Part shown: one piece after another, positions 14,161 to 30,732 of the stretch
How the letters are laid out: each line of letters starts with the position of its first letter
Position numbering within the stretch: position 1 is the stretch's first letter
Source: the human T2T-CHM13v2.0 reference genome, Homo sapiens
Direction: 5' to 3' (one strand)
Length of the DNA stretch: 64,000 bases
Assembly (NCBI RefSeq): GCF_009914755.1
Contig: NC_060942.1
Notes under the pieces: model-generated
What the model was told of the DNA's origin: nothing
Databases searched by the model: none
What the model saw: the letters and a program-made list of their open reading frames with translations, nothing else
Translations under genes and position numbers: made by a program

Positions 14161-15548
14161 CCACAGCCCCACCCCCCATCTTTGTTCTTCCCCAAGGCAA
14201 GAACAGATGTTTATTTAATTAGTGAAAGGAGGAGAGTCTGACAATCGTAAGGCTATTGTGGGGTTAATGGTGCTGTGGCCCAGCCTTTAGAATCCTTTCT
14301 GGGTTTCCTCCCCCGAGGCATTGTGGGCTGACTCTGCTTCAGGTTCTCATCAGTAAGCTGGCAGGTGTGTTCGGCCTCCTGCAGGCCCCGACAGGCCTTT
14401 GTTCTCTCAGAAGCAGCTTCTCACCCTGCCACTAAGTGGAAGAATCAGGTTTGCTGTTCACATGGGGCTCTTCATTTCCAATTCACCATGGGTAGAGCTA
14501 TGAGAGATGTAGGAAGGGGACCTCAGGATAAAACTTCTTTTTCCCCTCCATAACCACTTTTACTGCTAATAAAGTTGAGAATCAAAACATTTTTTACCTT
14601 CTTGGGTCTATTTCTGAGTTAGTAGAATCTGGAGGGGATTTTAACTATGGCTTTGAGATTAAAAAACAACAACAAAAATAAAACGCTGTGATTGACTTAT
14701 GTAAACACATGGCTGTTCTGTTCCCTTCGTGGCCGACTTGCTCAGCTCAGCGGAAACGCAGTTAATGAAGAACTCTGTTTGTTGTCCCACCTTCTTTGCA
14801 GATGTCTTCAAGATCAGACTCCCTCCTGTCTCGTTCAATACTTAAGTATTTAGATACCTTGTAAAAAGCCTGGGTGTTACACAGGCATTTGCTGAGACAG
14901 GAAACAGAGGAAAGCATAAGTCAAAGAAACAGTAAATTTCAAGGCAGAAAGGGCTGATTCAAAAGCATTAAATAGAGCTATAGTCTGATAACATGATGCT
15001 AACCTGAGAAGCTCAGAAATTTTTCCTTGAAGAATTGATAAAGGTGACTCAGGGAAAATACCAGAGCAGGTATGGATGCCAGCAAATCTGGTTTGTTTCA
15101 AAAGCAGACGACGTCTCCTTTAATTTACTGAGTTAAAAATGCATATAATATTTTTATGGCATACATTTTCCCCTTAAAACTGTATATTCTTTGTGATCAT
15201 GATCTTAGCAATAATAGTTTTGCCAACCACAGTCCCGTTCAGGAACATAACCTCTATAATTGATGAACATGTTCCTTTTAGATTTGTGCGTGGGGGGGGG
15301 TAAGGGAATCATTAAATATAAAAATAAAATAATTTAAATGTTCTGATTGAAAATCATAAGCTGGAGGCACATCCAAAATACCCATGGGTGTTGGAACAAT
15401 ACTGTCTTTGACATTATAAAATTATAAATTATATCAACATTATAAATTATATTGATTCGTTCCTGAAATTTTCTCCAGATATTTAAAAACAGATCAGTAA
15501 AAACCTCAAAACTGACTTTATCCTTCTAAAGTTTAAAATTTCATGACT

Positions 15549-15850
<302 letters not shown>

Positions 15851-17244
15851 TGTTATGATTAGTTAGCCAGCTAGAGGTACAAACTCACACGAGGCCATCT
15901 GAGAATTCGATAATTTTTAGTGTTATCATAAATTTATTACCTATAAAAGTATCTATAAAATCCTGGATCTGGCCATTCAAACCTTCCCTGACAGTAGGGT
16001 TAATCTGGTGTTTGAGATTATGAAGGTTCTATATCTGACAGACATTTTGGAGGCCTTTTCAATTCTATCATCTTAAGACAACTGCCTTGAACTCTGTAAA
16101 CTGCAGTCTTTTCTCTGATTGAAATCTACTAATATCTCCTTATATAATTCAAGTGAATAAAAGGTTTGAATTAAATAGGGCATACAGTAAAAGACTTTTG
16201 CTATCAGAACAGTTCAAAAACCTTTTCAGATTTGTGGACTTCAAGTCTTGCCAATCTTTTAACCTACTTATATTCAATCAATGAGATCTGTTTGAATGCA
16301 CTAAAGAGTAGATTCAACCCAATGTCAAAGAGAATATTCTTCCAACACCTAACACTATAGACAAATTAATTTGTTGCCTATTTCATCTACTAGTTATGAC
16401 AGCATCCTCTTCAATAATTGCAAGTCTAAATTTTCAGATCAATACTGAAATGGGTTTCAGGCATGACTATTCTGCTATTAACCTGTTATACTATTTTAAC
16501 ATCTTATAATGAAGTCAATTGAAAAAAGATAATATTATTGGCAGCTTTTATTGGCCACTTACTGACCTTGAACTAAAGGTTAATCTGTACAAGCTCAATA
16601 TAGATCCTGGTTGTTGACACTTTTATAAAACCTGCACTTCAGTGGACAAGAATAATGTCCTGGCATATTTCAAATAATGTCCTGGCATATTTCAAATAAT
16701 GTTAAATATAATTCGAAGCCACCTACAATTCTTGTGTATTTTCTTTAAATAATCTAGCTTTTTCTAAATTTTATATTTATTTAAACTCTCTACAGTGGGT
16801 GCTTAAAAAAATAGTTGGCTCTTGTGTTTGTGTTCTTTACAATATCAAACCATGATATGGAGAGGATAAACTTGAGCCACCAAGAAGTGGACTCTGCCTA
16901 GGAAGACAGTTTGCTGAAGTTAGAAAGTACTGGTCTAGGAACCAGAAAACCTGATTCTGCCCAAGAGTTAGAATTGTGAGTGAGTTCTTTCTGGTTTTTA
17001 GTTTCCTTATCTGTAAAATAATTACCCAGTTCAATTGGATAATCTCTATGATCCCTTCCACATTCTGCATACTTGGATATCTACTGTTTCTAAATATTTT
17101 GGCATTTCTTATAAAGCCCTTTCACATTTACTTTATTATTTTTTCCTCACAAGAATTCCTGAAATAGATAAGGCAGAAGTTTAGAGGATAGATAGGTTGG
17201 GTATCATTTTAGATGTGGTAACTAAGGTTACGGGAGATTAGGTG

Positions 17245-17589
17245 TGATATGATTTGGCTGTGTCCCCACCCAAATCTCATCTTGAATTCCCACGTGTTGC
17301 AGGAGGGACCTGGTGGGAGGTAATTGAATCATGCGGCAGGTCTTTTGCGTACTGTTCTTGTGATAGTGAATAAGTCTCATGAGATCTGATGGTTTTAAAA
17401 TGGGGAGTTTCCCTGCACAAGCTCTCTTCTCTTGCCTGCTGCCGTGTGAGACATTCTTTTCACCTTCTGCCATGATTATGAGGCCCCCCCAGCCACATGG
17501 AACTATAAGTCCCTTAAATCTCCCTTTCTTTTGTAAATTGTCCAGTCTCAGATATGTCTTTATCAGCAGTGTGAAAATGGACTAATTCA
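17245..17589 (+). mobile_element. THE1 (MaLR) solo LTR
   Basis: tgatatgatttggctgtgtccccacccaaatctcatcttgaatt...gactaattca; 5-bp TSD AGGTG. Confidence 0.93.
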
Positions 17590-17616
17590 AGGTGATTGGT
17601 AAAAATTACCTATCTG

Positions 17617-17919
<303 letters not shown>

Positions 17920-19204
17920 CTATCTGGTAAATAGCAGGACTGGAACATAAACTCAGATCCTCTGATTCCAGCAAATTTCTACATAGGCCACAAAAACACA
18001 CACAACAGGAAGTATAACTGCTTGGAATCATTAGTTATATGCATGAATTACTTCTAAAGGAAGTGATACTTCCTTTAACTACTGAAACTACACTACACTT
18101 AAACTCAAAGTTAATAATAGAAATAAAAGTAATAAAATAACCAGTGCTTTATTGTAATATGAATAGGAGGGTAATTACAATGGTTTGGAAAATAACAGCT
18201 GAGCTCTGAGGGTTAGGTTTGAGGCTACAGTGTGGAGCACAGTTATGATTCAGTTATGACTCCCCCCTTACCGGAAATGTACCGAAAATGTACAGAGGTG
18301 TTTGGAGAAGCAAAGCTATGAGGAAAGAGGAAAAACTGGGAAACCCTCATTACATAGCTAGGTGAAAATTAATGAGAAAACTAATGGCATAAAAACATTT
18401 GAAAAGCAATAGCATATGAGAAACATATCATGTATCACGTTGGATAAAAGTAAGACTAGGAGAGGATATAAACTTGATGGTTAGATCGCAGTAAAAACAA
18501 AGTTTGTGCCTACAGAATTACAGCTTTAAAAAGTGATAGGACACAAGAAGCACACACTGAAATACCAAGGAATAAAGGACATGATGTGCAAAATGTATTC
18601 TGAAATAGTTAAGAAAAAATAATTGTGTTTGTGTGTGTGTGTGTTGTGTGTGTGTCTCAAAATGTTAAAGAGTGATAAATCTGGGTAAAGGATACATGAT
18701 AGTTCTTTCCATTATTCTTAAAATTTTTCTGTAGGTCTGAATCATTTCAAAATCAAATGTAAAAGAAAAAAGCAGTGATAGGAGCACAGCCATTAAGCCA
18801 TTCAGCAATGTTACAAGACTTTTAATAGAGCTGAGAAGAATTTCATGATTTCATGTAGTATTTCATACACAGATCAGTGGACTTGAATTCTGGTTCACAT
18901 TTGTCCTCTAAGTAGCTATGCAGTCTTGGACTATTCTTGGAAAAATTGGTTTTGGACTAGATCAGTGATTTAAAAACTCTTCTGTGGATTCTGGAAAAGT
19001 ATTTTGGGCCCAAAACAGCAAAGCAGGAAGTATGCCAGGCGTGCCTTCCATCCCTGTCCCCGTTTAACCGGAGAAGCATTCCTTTTTTTTTTTTTTTTTT
19101 ACTTACTTTTTTTTTGAAGTTCCCATTGTTTCAAAACATTTTTTTTCCTCCCAAAGCCAGTGAACTAGATGACCTTTAAGGCTGATTTCAAGCATGAGTT
19201 CACA

Positions 19205-19495
19205 GGCTTCAGTTGTTTGGGGGGAAACTGTGGTATATCAGACCCAAGGGCCAAATCCCCCAGCCATTGGCTCCTGTAGAAACTCTGAGCTAAGAGTGGT
19301 TTTTAAATTGTTTAAATGGTTAGAAAAAAAAGAATACCTTGATGAAACACACCCATTTGTTTACATTTTGTCTCTATGGCTGCTTTCACTTACAACAGCA
19401 GAGTAGAATAGTTGTGATAAACATCAGAGACCTTATGCCCAGAAGGCCTAGACGTTTATTATCTGGCCCTTATAGAAAATGGTTGCCAATCTCTA
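19205..19495 (+). mobile_element. MER58-like hAT MITE
   Basis: gggccaaatc...ctatggctgctttcac..acaacagcagagt...tatctggcccttatagaaaa..ttgcca. Confidence 0.75.
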
Positions 19496-19599
19496 TGGTA
19501 GAAGTAATAGCCATTAAAACCAATAACCATTATAAATTATAAATTTTAGGACACTCAGTGATTTCTGTGCCAGATATTTAGACCAAAAAGAAAATTGTC

Positions 19600-19892
<293 letters not shown>

Positions 19893-20307
19893 TGATAATC
19901 CATTAATTTTAGTGAAAGAAACTTCTTCTTTCTTTATTTCCTCAATTTCAAGGCATGTCTCATTAATCCTGCTGAATCTATGTTACTGAAACAAAGGAGT
20001 ATATAAGCTTACCCTGCATAGTATTGCAAATGGTGGACAGTGAATTCAAAGACCTACCATGTGGAATTCTAACATACCCAGCTTGGTGTATCAGTCTTTC
20101 AATATACAGATCTTTCTCCAAGAACTTAGGAACAGTAAGCGAAAACGCAACTTAAAACTTTCTATAGGACCCCTGGAAAATGAGAGAGGTGTGTTATGGT
20201 TGAAGTCAAGCTGTGGGCTTAGCTACAGACTATAGTGTAACGAGAAGCCTCTGAGGATGGGTGTTCACTGGTGTTAAAGGGAAAATAAAAAATAATATAT
20301 ATATATT

Positions 20308-20535
<228 letters not shown>

Positions 20536-20632
20536 AAGAATATTCTTCTAGGGAATATATCAGTGATAGAACACTTACAAATACCAGATCTCAATAAATT
20601 CTGTTGGACAACAAACTCTTTAAGGAACACAA

Positions 20633-20946
20633 GGGCTGGGGCGTGGTGGCTCATGCCTGTAATCCCAACACTTTGGGAGGCTGAGGCGGGCACTGAGGCT
20701 AGGGGTTTGAGACCAGCCTGGCCAACACGGTGAAATCCCCATCTCTACTAAAAATACAAAAATTAGCCAGGCTTGGTGACATGCACCTGTAATTCCAGCT
20801 GCTCAGGAGGCTGAGGCAGGGCAGGAGAATAGTTTGAGTCTGGGAGGCGGAGGTTGCTGTAAGCCAAGATTACACCACTGCATTCCAGCCTATGCGACAC
20901 AGCAAGACCCTGTCTCAAAACAAAAAACAAAAAACAAAAACAAAAA
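20633..20946 (+). mobile_element. Alu (AluS)
   Basis: Full-length, (CAAAAA)n tail. Confidence 0.92.
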
Positions 20947-21738
20947 GAAACTCAAGGCATTGGAGAAGGCTTTCTATGGCTAAAATATTTGTAAATCTGA
21001 GAGTGAGTCTACTTATTTAAAAGCAATATTAATTTCATGTGCCATTTTCATAAAATTATTCCAGCAAAAACATTAGTTGCAACAGCAAGCCTTTCCCATT
21101 GTTCCCTCAGTGAACACCCAAAATTCAAAATATAATCTTCATTTTCATTTGTCTTACACTAACATGTGCCATACATCTTACAGGCAATTACTGAATATGT
21201 CTTTGATGCAGTAAGACAGGTTCTGCCTAATTCTCTGTCTCCACAGGGTTCAATGATAAACTCTGGAAATGAAAAAAACTCAAAACCTTTTCACGAAGTC
21301 TTCCCCCGATTTTTATTTAAGCAGTAACAGGTTTAGTTATTAGCTGTAGGTCTCCCCTGCTAACAACAATTCCTATGGTAGTAAGAGCTGCGTAGGAAAC
21401 TATCAGTAAAGCCCATATAAGAAGCCGTGAAACCAGGCTTAGAAAAGACTGAAAAATGAGTGTTGTCAGCTTCACTCCTGCAGCAGCGTGCGAGGGCAAA
21501 GGTCTGAGAAAGAAATCCTCAGTTACCTTTTGCAGTAGCCTGATTTCCAGCCCATGCATTTGTTTATTTATGAATGCCTTTCCCTCATGCAAGAGCTCAA
21601 AGTGTACCCGATGGACTTAAACCAACAGTAAGAAGCGGCGATGACAGACGCTGAGTCCCAGCTGAGTTGAAATATTGGTACAAGAAACATAATGAGAAGG
21701 AAAGAATCTAGCATTTTCTGAACACTTAGTGATTAGGT

Positions 21739-21900
21739 CAGTGCCTCCCTCCGACTTTGATGTGCATGTGAATCATCCGAGGATTGTTTTAACAAGCATA
21801 TTCTGATCCAGCAGGTCTGGGAAGAGACCTGAGATTCTGCATTTTTTTTTTTACGAGGTTTTAGCGACTGCTACCTGCTGTTTCCCAGACCACACTTTAT
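21739..21900. mobile_element. MER5-like hAT MITE
   Basis: gcatgtgaatcatccg..attctgatccagcaggtctggg..cctgagattctgcattt..gaccacacttt. Confidence 0.7.
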
Positions 21901-22735
21901 CACAAATCCAGATCCTTCATATTTAATACTTAAAATAAATTTGAGAGATAGATATTATCATCTTTTAAAACAGACCTTAAAAGAGACGTTAAAAATTCAT
22001 AAATGGGGAAACATGAGGGTTATCTAATAACAAAGTTCATATTCTTTCCAGTACCCTAATAACACCCCACAGGAGTAACTGATGCTTTATTGTATGTTAC
22101 TGTTTTGAAATTTGAGACCGATGCCTCAAATATGCCTGATCACCAGTGACATTTGTCTAAAATTCAGATCTTCAAGCCCCTGCACAATCTATTTCACCAT
22201 AATTTATTGATGAGGTGCCTAAAAGAAGGTACTTTTAATGATAACTGATTGGTGATTCTTGGGACCAGGAATGTTTGGGAAACTGATCATCTAGGTCACA
22301 CTTTAGTTTTGAAAACTCCAGTAGGGAACATTGGTGTTCTGTGTTTATTAGAGAACTTTGAGGGAACATTGTCTGCTCAGGCAAAGAGGATATCAGAACC
22401 ACTTTAATGCTCATCGGCTCCACTGAGAAGGGCTGCTGGGTCAGATGGAGTGAAACTTGTTGGTTTCATGATGTAAGGGATAGGTTTAAACCTGTATCTT
22501 ATAACAGGGTGCTAAAGTATAGGATCTAATTATGTCACTTTTAATTGTAAGGTGAAAGCAACAATAGCCACAGAGTTTAATTGCCCTCTTTATCAGGTAA
22601 ATGATCTTTGTCACTCAATCCAATTATAAAGCATACATATTAGAATAAAAGATCAACTAGAAAATATTTCCCATATCCGAAGTCCATAATTAAATATTTT
22701 ATTAGAAACGCTCAATGAGATCAGAGTAAGGGTAA

Positions 22736-23143
<408 letters not shown>

Positions 23144-24302
23144 AAAGTAGATTTTGAAAGTAAACATTAAGAGTTACTTCTTTCAGATCATTGATACTTT
23201 TTCTTGCTTAAACAAAATACATTTAGAGTACTATAGTTATACATTTTTAAAGGCATTCTTGATCTTGATACAATTAAGTCAATGTACTTACAAAATACAT
23301 AATTTTTAGCTTAATATATTCTGTTGTTAACAGAACCTAATAATTCAATTAATTACTAGAAGACTTTGGGTTTTCTTGACTTTCTATATTTTGAAGAAAA
23401 TATAATTACCTATGACTATGTTCAAATGAAATATCCTATTTTTTTCTTAAAATTAACAAAATATTTCAAGTAAGTCAAAAGACTTCTATATTGAAATCTC
23501 ATTATGCCACAATTCACTAAGGGTAGAATTTCTTGCAGGGTAGGTCAACCAGTAAATAGTTAGACATTTAGAAACAGCCCAAACTGAGTTTGAAGCCTAA
23601 ATTAGGCAAGTGACTTAATTTCTCTGAGCCTCCATTTCTTCATCTCTAAGGAAATGGGACATTTCATTGCTGGATTCTGTATTAGACTAGAGACAGTTTA
23701 ATGGTCAAGCATGTGGTAGGTGATTAATCAATGGTCACTATTATAAAATAGCGTATAATTACTGAGCCGCCAAAAGGGCCTCCTTTTAATGATTGTAATT
23801 TACAGGGTAATCTCAAAGAACGAATCTCCCATAACCAGTTTAGCAAAATTCCTAAATATTTACTTCCCCCATTGGATCACAGTGAAGTCACATGATATCT
23901 ACATTTAACATATTTAAATTCAACTATATGCATTTGATAAGAAAAAAAAAGAAGGAAAAAAATCCCTCAATTTTAATTTATCTGGGAAAATCAGCCCAAT
24001 ATTCCTCTCAATGAGCAAATACTCTGGCATAAATATAAGAAATGTGAACCTTTTTTTCAATGGCCTCTCAAAAGTATCAACATCTCAGTGTATAGAGCAT
24101 AATTCTAGTATTTAAAAATATATACTTTTGTGCAAACTGCTACTAAAGCACAAGCCAACTGCACTTTATCTGCTGCTCAAGCGAAGAAACAACGTTCTGC
24201 CTCAAAGCTGGAAGAAAAACTCAATTAGAACATTGAGAAATACTATGCCTCTCTCTGAAGTAACAACTTCCTGAGGAATTTTCCAATGTAATTTAAAAAA
24301 TA

Positions 24303-24635
24303 TTTTTATTTTGAAATAATTTTAGACTTACAGAAGTTGCAAAATAGTTGTCCAAATAGTTCAGAAAGTTGTTATCTACTCTCTACCCAGTTTCCCCTAA
24401 GGCTAACAACTTACATAACCATAGTATAATTATCAAAACCAGGAGATAAACACTGGAACAAAACTATTAACTAAAAAACAGACCTTATTCACATTTTGCC
24501 AGTTTTTCCCCTAATGTCCTTTTTCTGTCCTGGAATCTGATCCAGGATCTCATCTTTGATTTATTTATTATATTTACTTAGTCTCCTCCAAACTGTGACA
24601 ATTTCTCACTCTTTCTTTGTCTTTCATGACTTTGA
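24303..24635 (-). mobile_element. L1MC-like 3' fragment
   Basis: ttttattttgaaataattttagacttacagaagttgcaaaatagt... Confidence 0.72.
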
Positions 24636-25011
24636 TCTGTGGTTGCATGAAGGTAAAGAAATGTAAATCAAGTCAACAGTTTTTTCTTCAGTGTCTTCAG
24701 TATCAATTTTTCAGGTAATTCTTTATAAATCCAAAACCAGGATATTTTCTATGGTGGATTATTAATTAATTTGTCATTACACACGTGAATGTAGCAAATG
24801 GCATTACCAACTTGAATTTAACTGCCCAAGTGACCAAAAAGAACAAACTCCTCTTATTCTTGAATAGTTGCTACCTTATAATAGGAACCATTTCAGACAC
24901 TGGCAGAAGACTCTATAGCTAACGTTCCATTTATGTTATCCTCAGATGGATAGGAGATTCCTCGGCCTTCACAGAATTTGTGAATTCTTTCGTCAGGTAC
25001 TCATTACCATG

Positions 25012-25313
25012 TCTTTCTTTCTTTTTTTTTTTGAGGCAGAGTCTCACTCTGTTACCCAGGCTGGAATGCAGTGGCGCAATTTTGACTTACTGCAACTTTG
25101 CCTCCTGGGTTCAAGCAATTGTCATGCCTCAGCCTCCTGAGTAGCTGAGATTATAAGTGCATGCTACCATGCCCGGCTAATTTTTGTATTTTTAGTGGAG
25201 ATGGGGTTTCACCATGTTGGCCTGGCTAGTCTCGAATTCCTGGCCTCAAGTGATCTGCCCACCTTGGTCTCCCACAGTGCTAGGATTACAGATGTGAGCC
25301 ACCGTGCCCGGCC
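25012..25313 (-). mobile_element. Alu
   Basis: Full-length; TSD taccat. Confidence 0.92.
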
Positions 25314-25707
25314 TACCATTGATTTCTTAATAATCTTTCTGGCATTTATTCAAAAGAAAAATAAGCCAAAGCTTATAGACAAGTAAGAATCATCTTACGT
25401 ACAAAGTTTTTAAAGAAGTGATTATTTCAACAGCAGTAATTGTCTGTTTGGTACCAATCTGTTCAAAAATATTCTTCAATTATAAACACTACATAGGCAT
25501 TAACTCTAATGATAGCATCGTTTAAAGATTTTAAAGCATGGTGACAGAAATGAAAAAGAATAATTGAGACCTAAGAGGTTTAAAAAAGTTTTAAACAATT
25601 CAGAGGATAGTAGTTATCAAATATGTGTATGTTAGTAACATTAAAAGGTAGGGTTTATATTACACTTTTGAGTACCAGTAGCAACATATGAGTATTTCTC
25701 TAGATAA

Positions 25708-25910
25708 CTTTTTTTTTGACAAGGTCTCACTCTGTTGCCCAGGCTGGAGTGCAATGGTGCAATCTTGGCTCACTGCAGCCTTGACCTTCCCTAGCTCAGC
25801 TGAACCTCCCATCTCAGGACACCATTGCCTCCACTGCCCATCCTGCATCTGCCTGCCTACCCCAAAAGTGTTGAGAATACAAGCATGAGCCAGAGCCACG
25901 GAACCTGGCC
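25708..25910 (-). mobile_element. Degenerate Alu with internal deletion
   Basis: Alu ends recognisable, middle replaced or deleted. Confidence 0.75.
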
Positions 25911-26159
25911 TCTAGAGAGACTTTCTACTTTAGTTTTTTCTTCTCTTATTTGTGAAGCCTTGAAAAAACTACTGTGGTTTATTTAGATTCTGGTTTGTGA
26001 CTTTTTTAAATAAACTTTTTATTTTGGAATAAATTTATGTTTAGAGAATAGTTGCAAACATAATAAAGTGAGTTTTCATAAACGCCTTACCAGTTTCCCC
26101 TGTTGTTAACATTTTACATCACCATGCTGTTGCATTGGTCAAAACTAAGAAACTAACAT

Positions 26160-26300
26160 GGCTGGATGCAGTGGTTCATGCCTGTAATTCCAGGACTTTG
26201 GGAGGCTGGGGTAGGAGGCTCACTTGAGGTCAGGAGTTCGAGATCATCCTGGCCAACTAACAAGGCCACATCTCTAAAACAATTATTTTAAAAAATAAAA
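26160..26300 (+). mobile_element. FLAM/Alu left monomer within an L1MC fragment
   Basis: ggctggatgcagtggttcatgcctgtaatt...gaggtcaggagttcgag. Confidence 0.8.
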
Positions 26301-26576
26301 TTTAAGTAGAAACCAAAATTAATGTATTTCTATAAACATCTTGTCTTTTATGACCTTGACACTTTTGATGAATATTGGTTAATTATTGGTTTTGTAGAAT
26401 GCCTCTCAATTTTGATGTTTTCTTATGATTTGATTGAGATTATGCATTTTGGGCAAGAATTCCACAGAAGTAACGCTGTGCCCTTTCGATTACCTTTAAT
26501 AAGGGATACATCCATGTGGTTATTTGGTTAAGTTAGTGACTGCAGATTTCTCCACTATAAATTTACTATTCCTCTC

Positions 26577-27192
<616 letters not shown>

Positions 27193-27416
27193 ATATTCCT
27201 CTCCTTCTACACTCTATTCTTCAGCAACCAGTCACTATGTCTAGCCCACCAGCAAAAAGGGGGAGATTAGGAAAGGGGGAGATTAGCCTTCCTACAGGAG
27301 GGCTTATCTACATATAGTGTTTGGAATTTGGTAAGGAAAATTTGTTTATAACAGTCTTTTAAATCTGACATCATTCAGGTGTCAATTTTTCCACTGATGT
27401 TGAAATAATATTTGTT

Positions 27417-27803
<387 letters not shown>

Positions 27804-28058
27804 CTAATAGGAGAGAGAGACATTAAAAACAAGTAAGATGTAAATAAGATAATTACATATTGGGATAAGTGTTATAAACGAAACTCAGTAAGATATGAGA
27901 GAATGTGGTAACTCTGGGGGAGGCCTTCTGAGTCAGTGCAGTTTGGAAAGGTCAGTCTGAGGTGTTGACATTTGAACAGAGAACTCAAAAAAGAGAACAA
28001 ACCAGTTCTGTGAAAAACGTTCCAAACTTCAGAATGATTTGGAGGCAGAAAATTGTCC

Positions 28059-28450
28059 TGTGATGGTTAATTCATGTATCAACTTGACTAGGTCATGGTG
28101 GACCCAGATATTTGGTTAAACATTATTCTGGGAGTATCTTTGAAGTGTTTGTAGATGAGCTTAAAATTTGAATCAGCAGATGGAGTAGAACAGTTTTCCC
28201 TCCCCACGGTGGATGGGCGTCGTCCAATCCATTGAAAACCTGAATAGAACAAAAAGGTTGAGTTAGGGAGAATTTGCACCCTCTATCTGACTGTCTTTGA
28301 GCTGGGACATCAGTCTTCACCTGATGTTTTAGGCTTGGGCTGGAACTTACATCATCAGCTTTCCTGGTTCTCAGGCCTTCTGGTTCAGACTAGAACTATA
28401 CCACTGGCTCTCCTGGGCCTCTGGGTATCCAACCCACAACTAATATGTGT
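28059..28450 (+). mobile_element. MLT2 (ERVL) LTR fragment
   Basis: tgtgatggttaattcatgtatcaacttgactagg...ccagatatttggttaaacattattctggg. Confidence 0.82.
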
Positions 28451-28473
28451 CGCCAGAATAGAAAAGGGGCTAG

Positions 28474-28788
28474 AGGCTGGGCGTGGTGGCTGACGCCTGT
28501 AATCCTAGCACTTTGGGAGGCTGAGGCAGGCAGATCACCTGATGTCAGGAGTTCGAGACCAGCCTGGCCAACATGGTGAAACACCATCTGTACTAAAAAT
28601 ACAAAAATTAGCCAAGCATAGTGGTGCACGCCTGTAATCCCAGCTCTTTGGGAGGCTGAGGTAGGAGAATCACATGAACCCAGGTGGCATGGGTTTCAGT
28701 GAACCAAGATCGTGCCACTGCACTCTAGCTGGGCTACAGAGCAAGACTCCATCTCAAAAAAAAAAAAAAAGAAAAAAAGGAAAAAAAA
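28474..28788 (+). mobile_element. Alu (AluSx-like)
   Basis: TSD aaaaggggctaga. Confidence 0.93.
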
Positions 28789-29329
28789 AGGGGCTAGAGT
28801 AGCCCAAGTGTAGGAAAAGATGGTCACTTGCTATGAGAAGTAGAGAAGAGATGGAGCCTGCTCCATCAGGGCCTTGAGGACCATGGCGAGTAAAGGGTTT
28901 GATTTTTACTTTAGGTATTGTAGGAAGCCTTTGAAGGATTTTTGGCAGGAAAAGGAAATTAGATATTACATTTTTAAAATATTATTCTGGCTGTCCTAAG
29001 GCTCACAGATTGTAAAAAGCAGATACTAGGAGCCCAGTACAGCAGGCCAAACCAGAGATAACTGTATGTATGTGGGCTGGGGCGCGGGGGTGGGGGTAGT
29101 GTCAGTACAGACACAGAGAAGTAGAGGGATTTGAGAGAACATTTGGAGGTAGACCCGACAGGCCTCATGTGTCATAATGTGCTTGTAAATAAAGTCTGCA
29201 AGTTTCAGTCATTGAGAGAAAGGGAACTACTTGATGTAATACAGAAAGTGCAAGCAGATTAACATAGATCAGGCACACTGTGTTAAATTTATAGACATCT
29301 AACTTTAATGTAATTTTTTAAGTACCTCA

Positions 29330-29626
29330 TTTTTTGTTTGTTTTTGGAAAACAATGTCCCTCTGTTGCCTAGTTTGGAGTGCAGTGGCGTGATCATAGCT
29401 CACTGTAGTCTGGACCTCCTAGGCTCAAGCAATCCTCCCACCTCAGACTCCTCAGGAGCTGGGACTACAGGCACACACCATCATGCTTGGCTAATTTTTA
29501 AAGTTTTGTAGAGATGGGATTTTGTTATGTTGCCCAGGCTGGCCTTGAACTCCTGCACTCAAGCAATCCTCCTTTCTTGGCCTCCCCAAATGGTAGGATT
29601 ACAGGTGTGAGCCACTGCATCCAGCC
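29330..29626 (-). mobile_element. Alu (AluJ-like)
   Basis: TSD agtacctcattttttt. Confidence 0.9.
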
Positions 29627-30482
29627 AGTACCTCATTTTTTTAATTGAAAAAGTAATCCATGATTATGATGGAGAATTTGGAAAATATAACATTATTCTA
29701 GAATTTTAGGAGATTGGATGTGTCTTAGGGAAGGGTGGGATCAAACCCATGAAGAAGGGCACAAAGGTATATGAACAAGAATGTTCACTGCAGCATTACT
29801 GGTAACAGCAAAAAATCAGAAATAAGTGTCCATGATTATGGAATTGGTGAAACAATGTAGCCATTAAAAAGAATGCAGTACATTTTTGTGCACTGAAAGG
29901 AAATGGTGTTCAAGATATACTAGGTAAAAAAGTCTAATGCAAATAGTATACATAGTGTGATCCCACTCATGTGAATTAGAATATTTTTCATTGTGTCTTC
30001 CTTATACTAAGAATATTATAAATAAAAGCCTAAATGTATCAAATTTTGTTAGCAATGGTCACCTCAAGGTGGAGTGGGGATTAGGAAGGATTTTAACTTT
30101 ATGGTTTATACCTTTTTGTTTTAGTAAGATTTCTTAAACAATGGATATGAAGAAAAAAAATTTTTAAGTAGACACAGAAGCAGTAATTTTAGGATCAATA
30201 AGTACTTCAATGAAGTCTTTGAAGCAACAGTAAGAAAAAGTCCTATAAATATAAGCATTACTTTTCTTTATAGAGAGTTTATATTAATCTCAAACCAGAA
30301 AAATGGAGATTATTAAGTTGAATTTGTTAGCATTTCCAAGATGAAGTTGAGACTGTCTTTATTCATGTTCTTCGAATTAACATTAAAAACAAATACATGG
30401 ATAGAACGTTTTCTGTGTCATTTATTTAGGCAATGCATCTTACAGTGGTTTTCGTGGTTTGGTAAATAAATACACAAATTTA

Positions 30483-30732
<250 letters not shown>

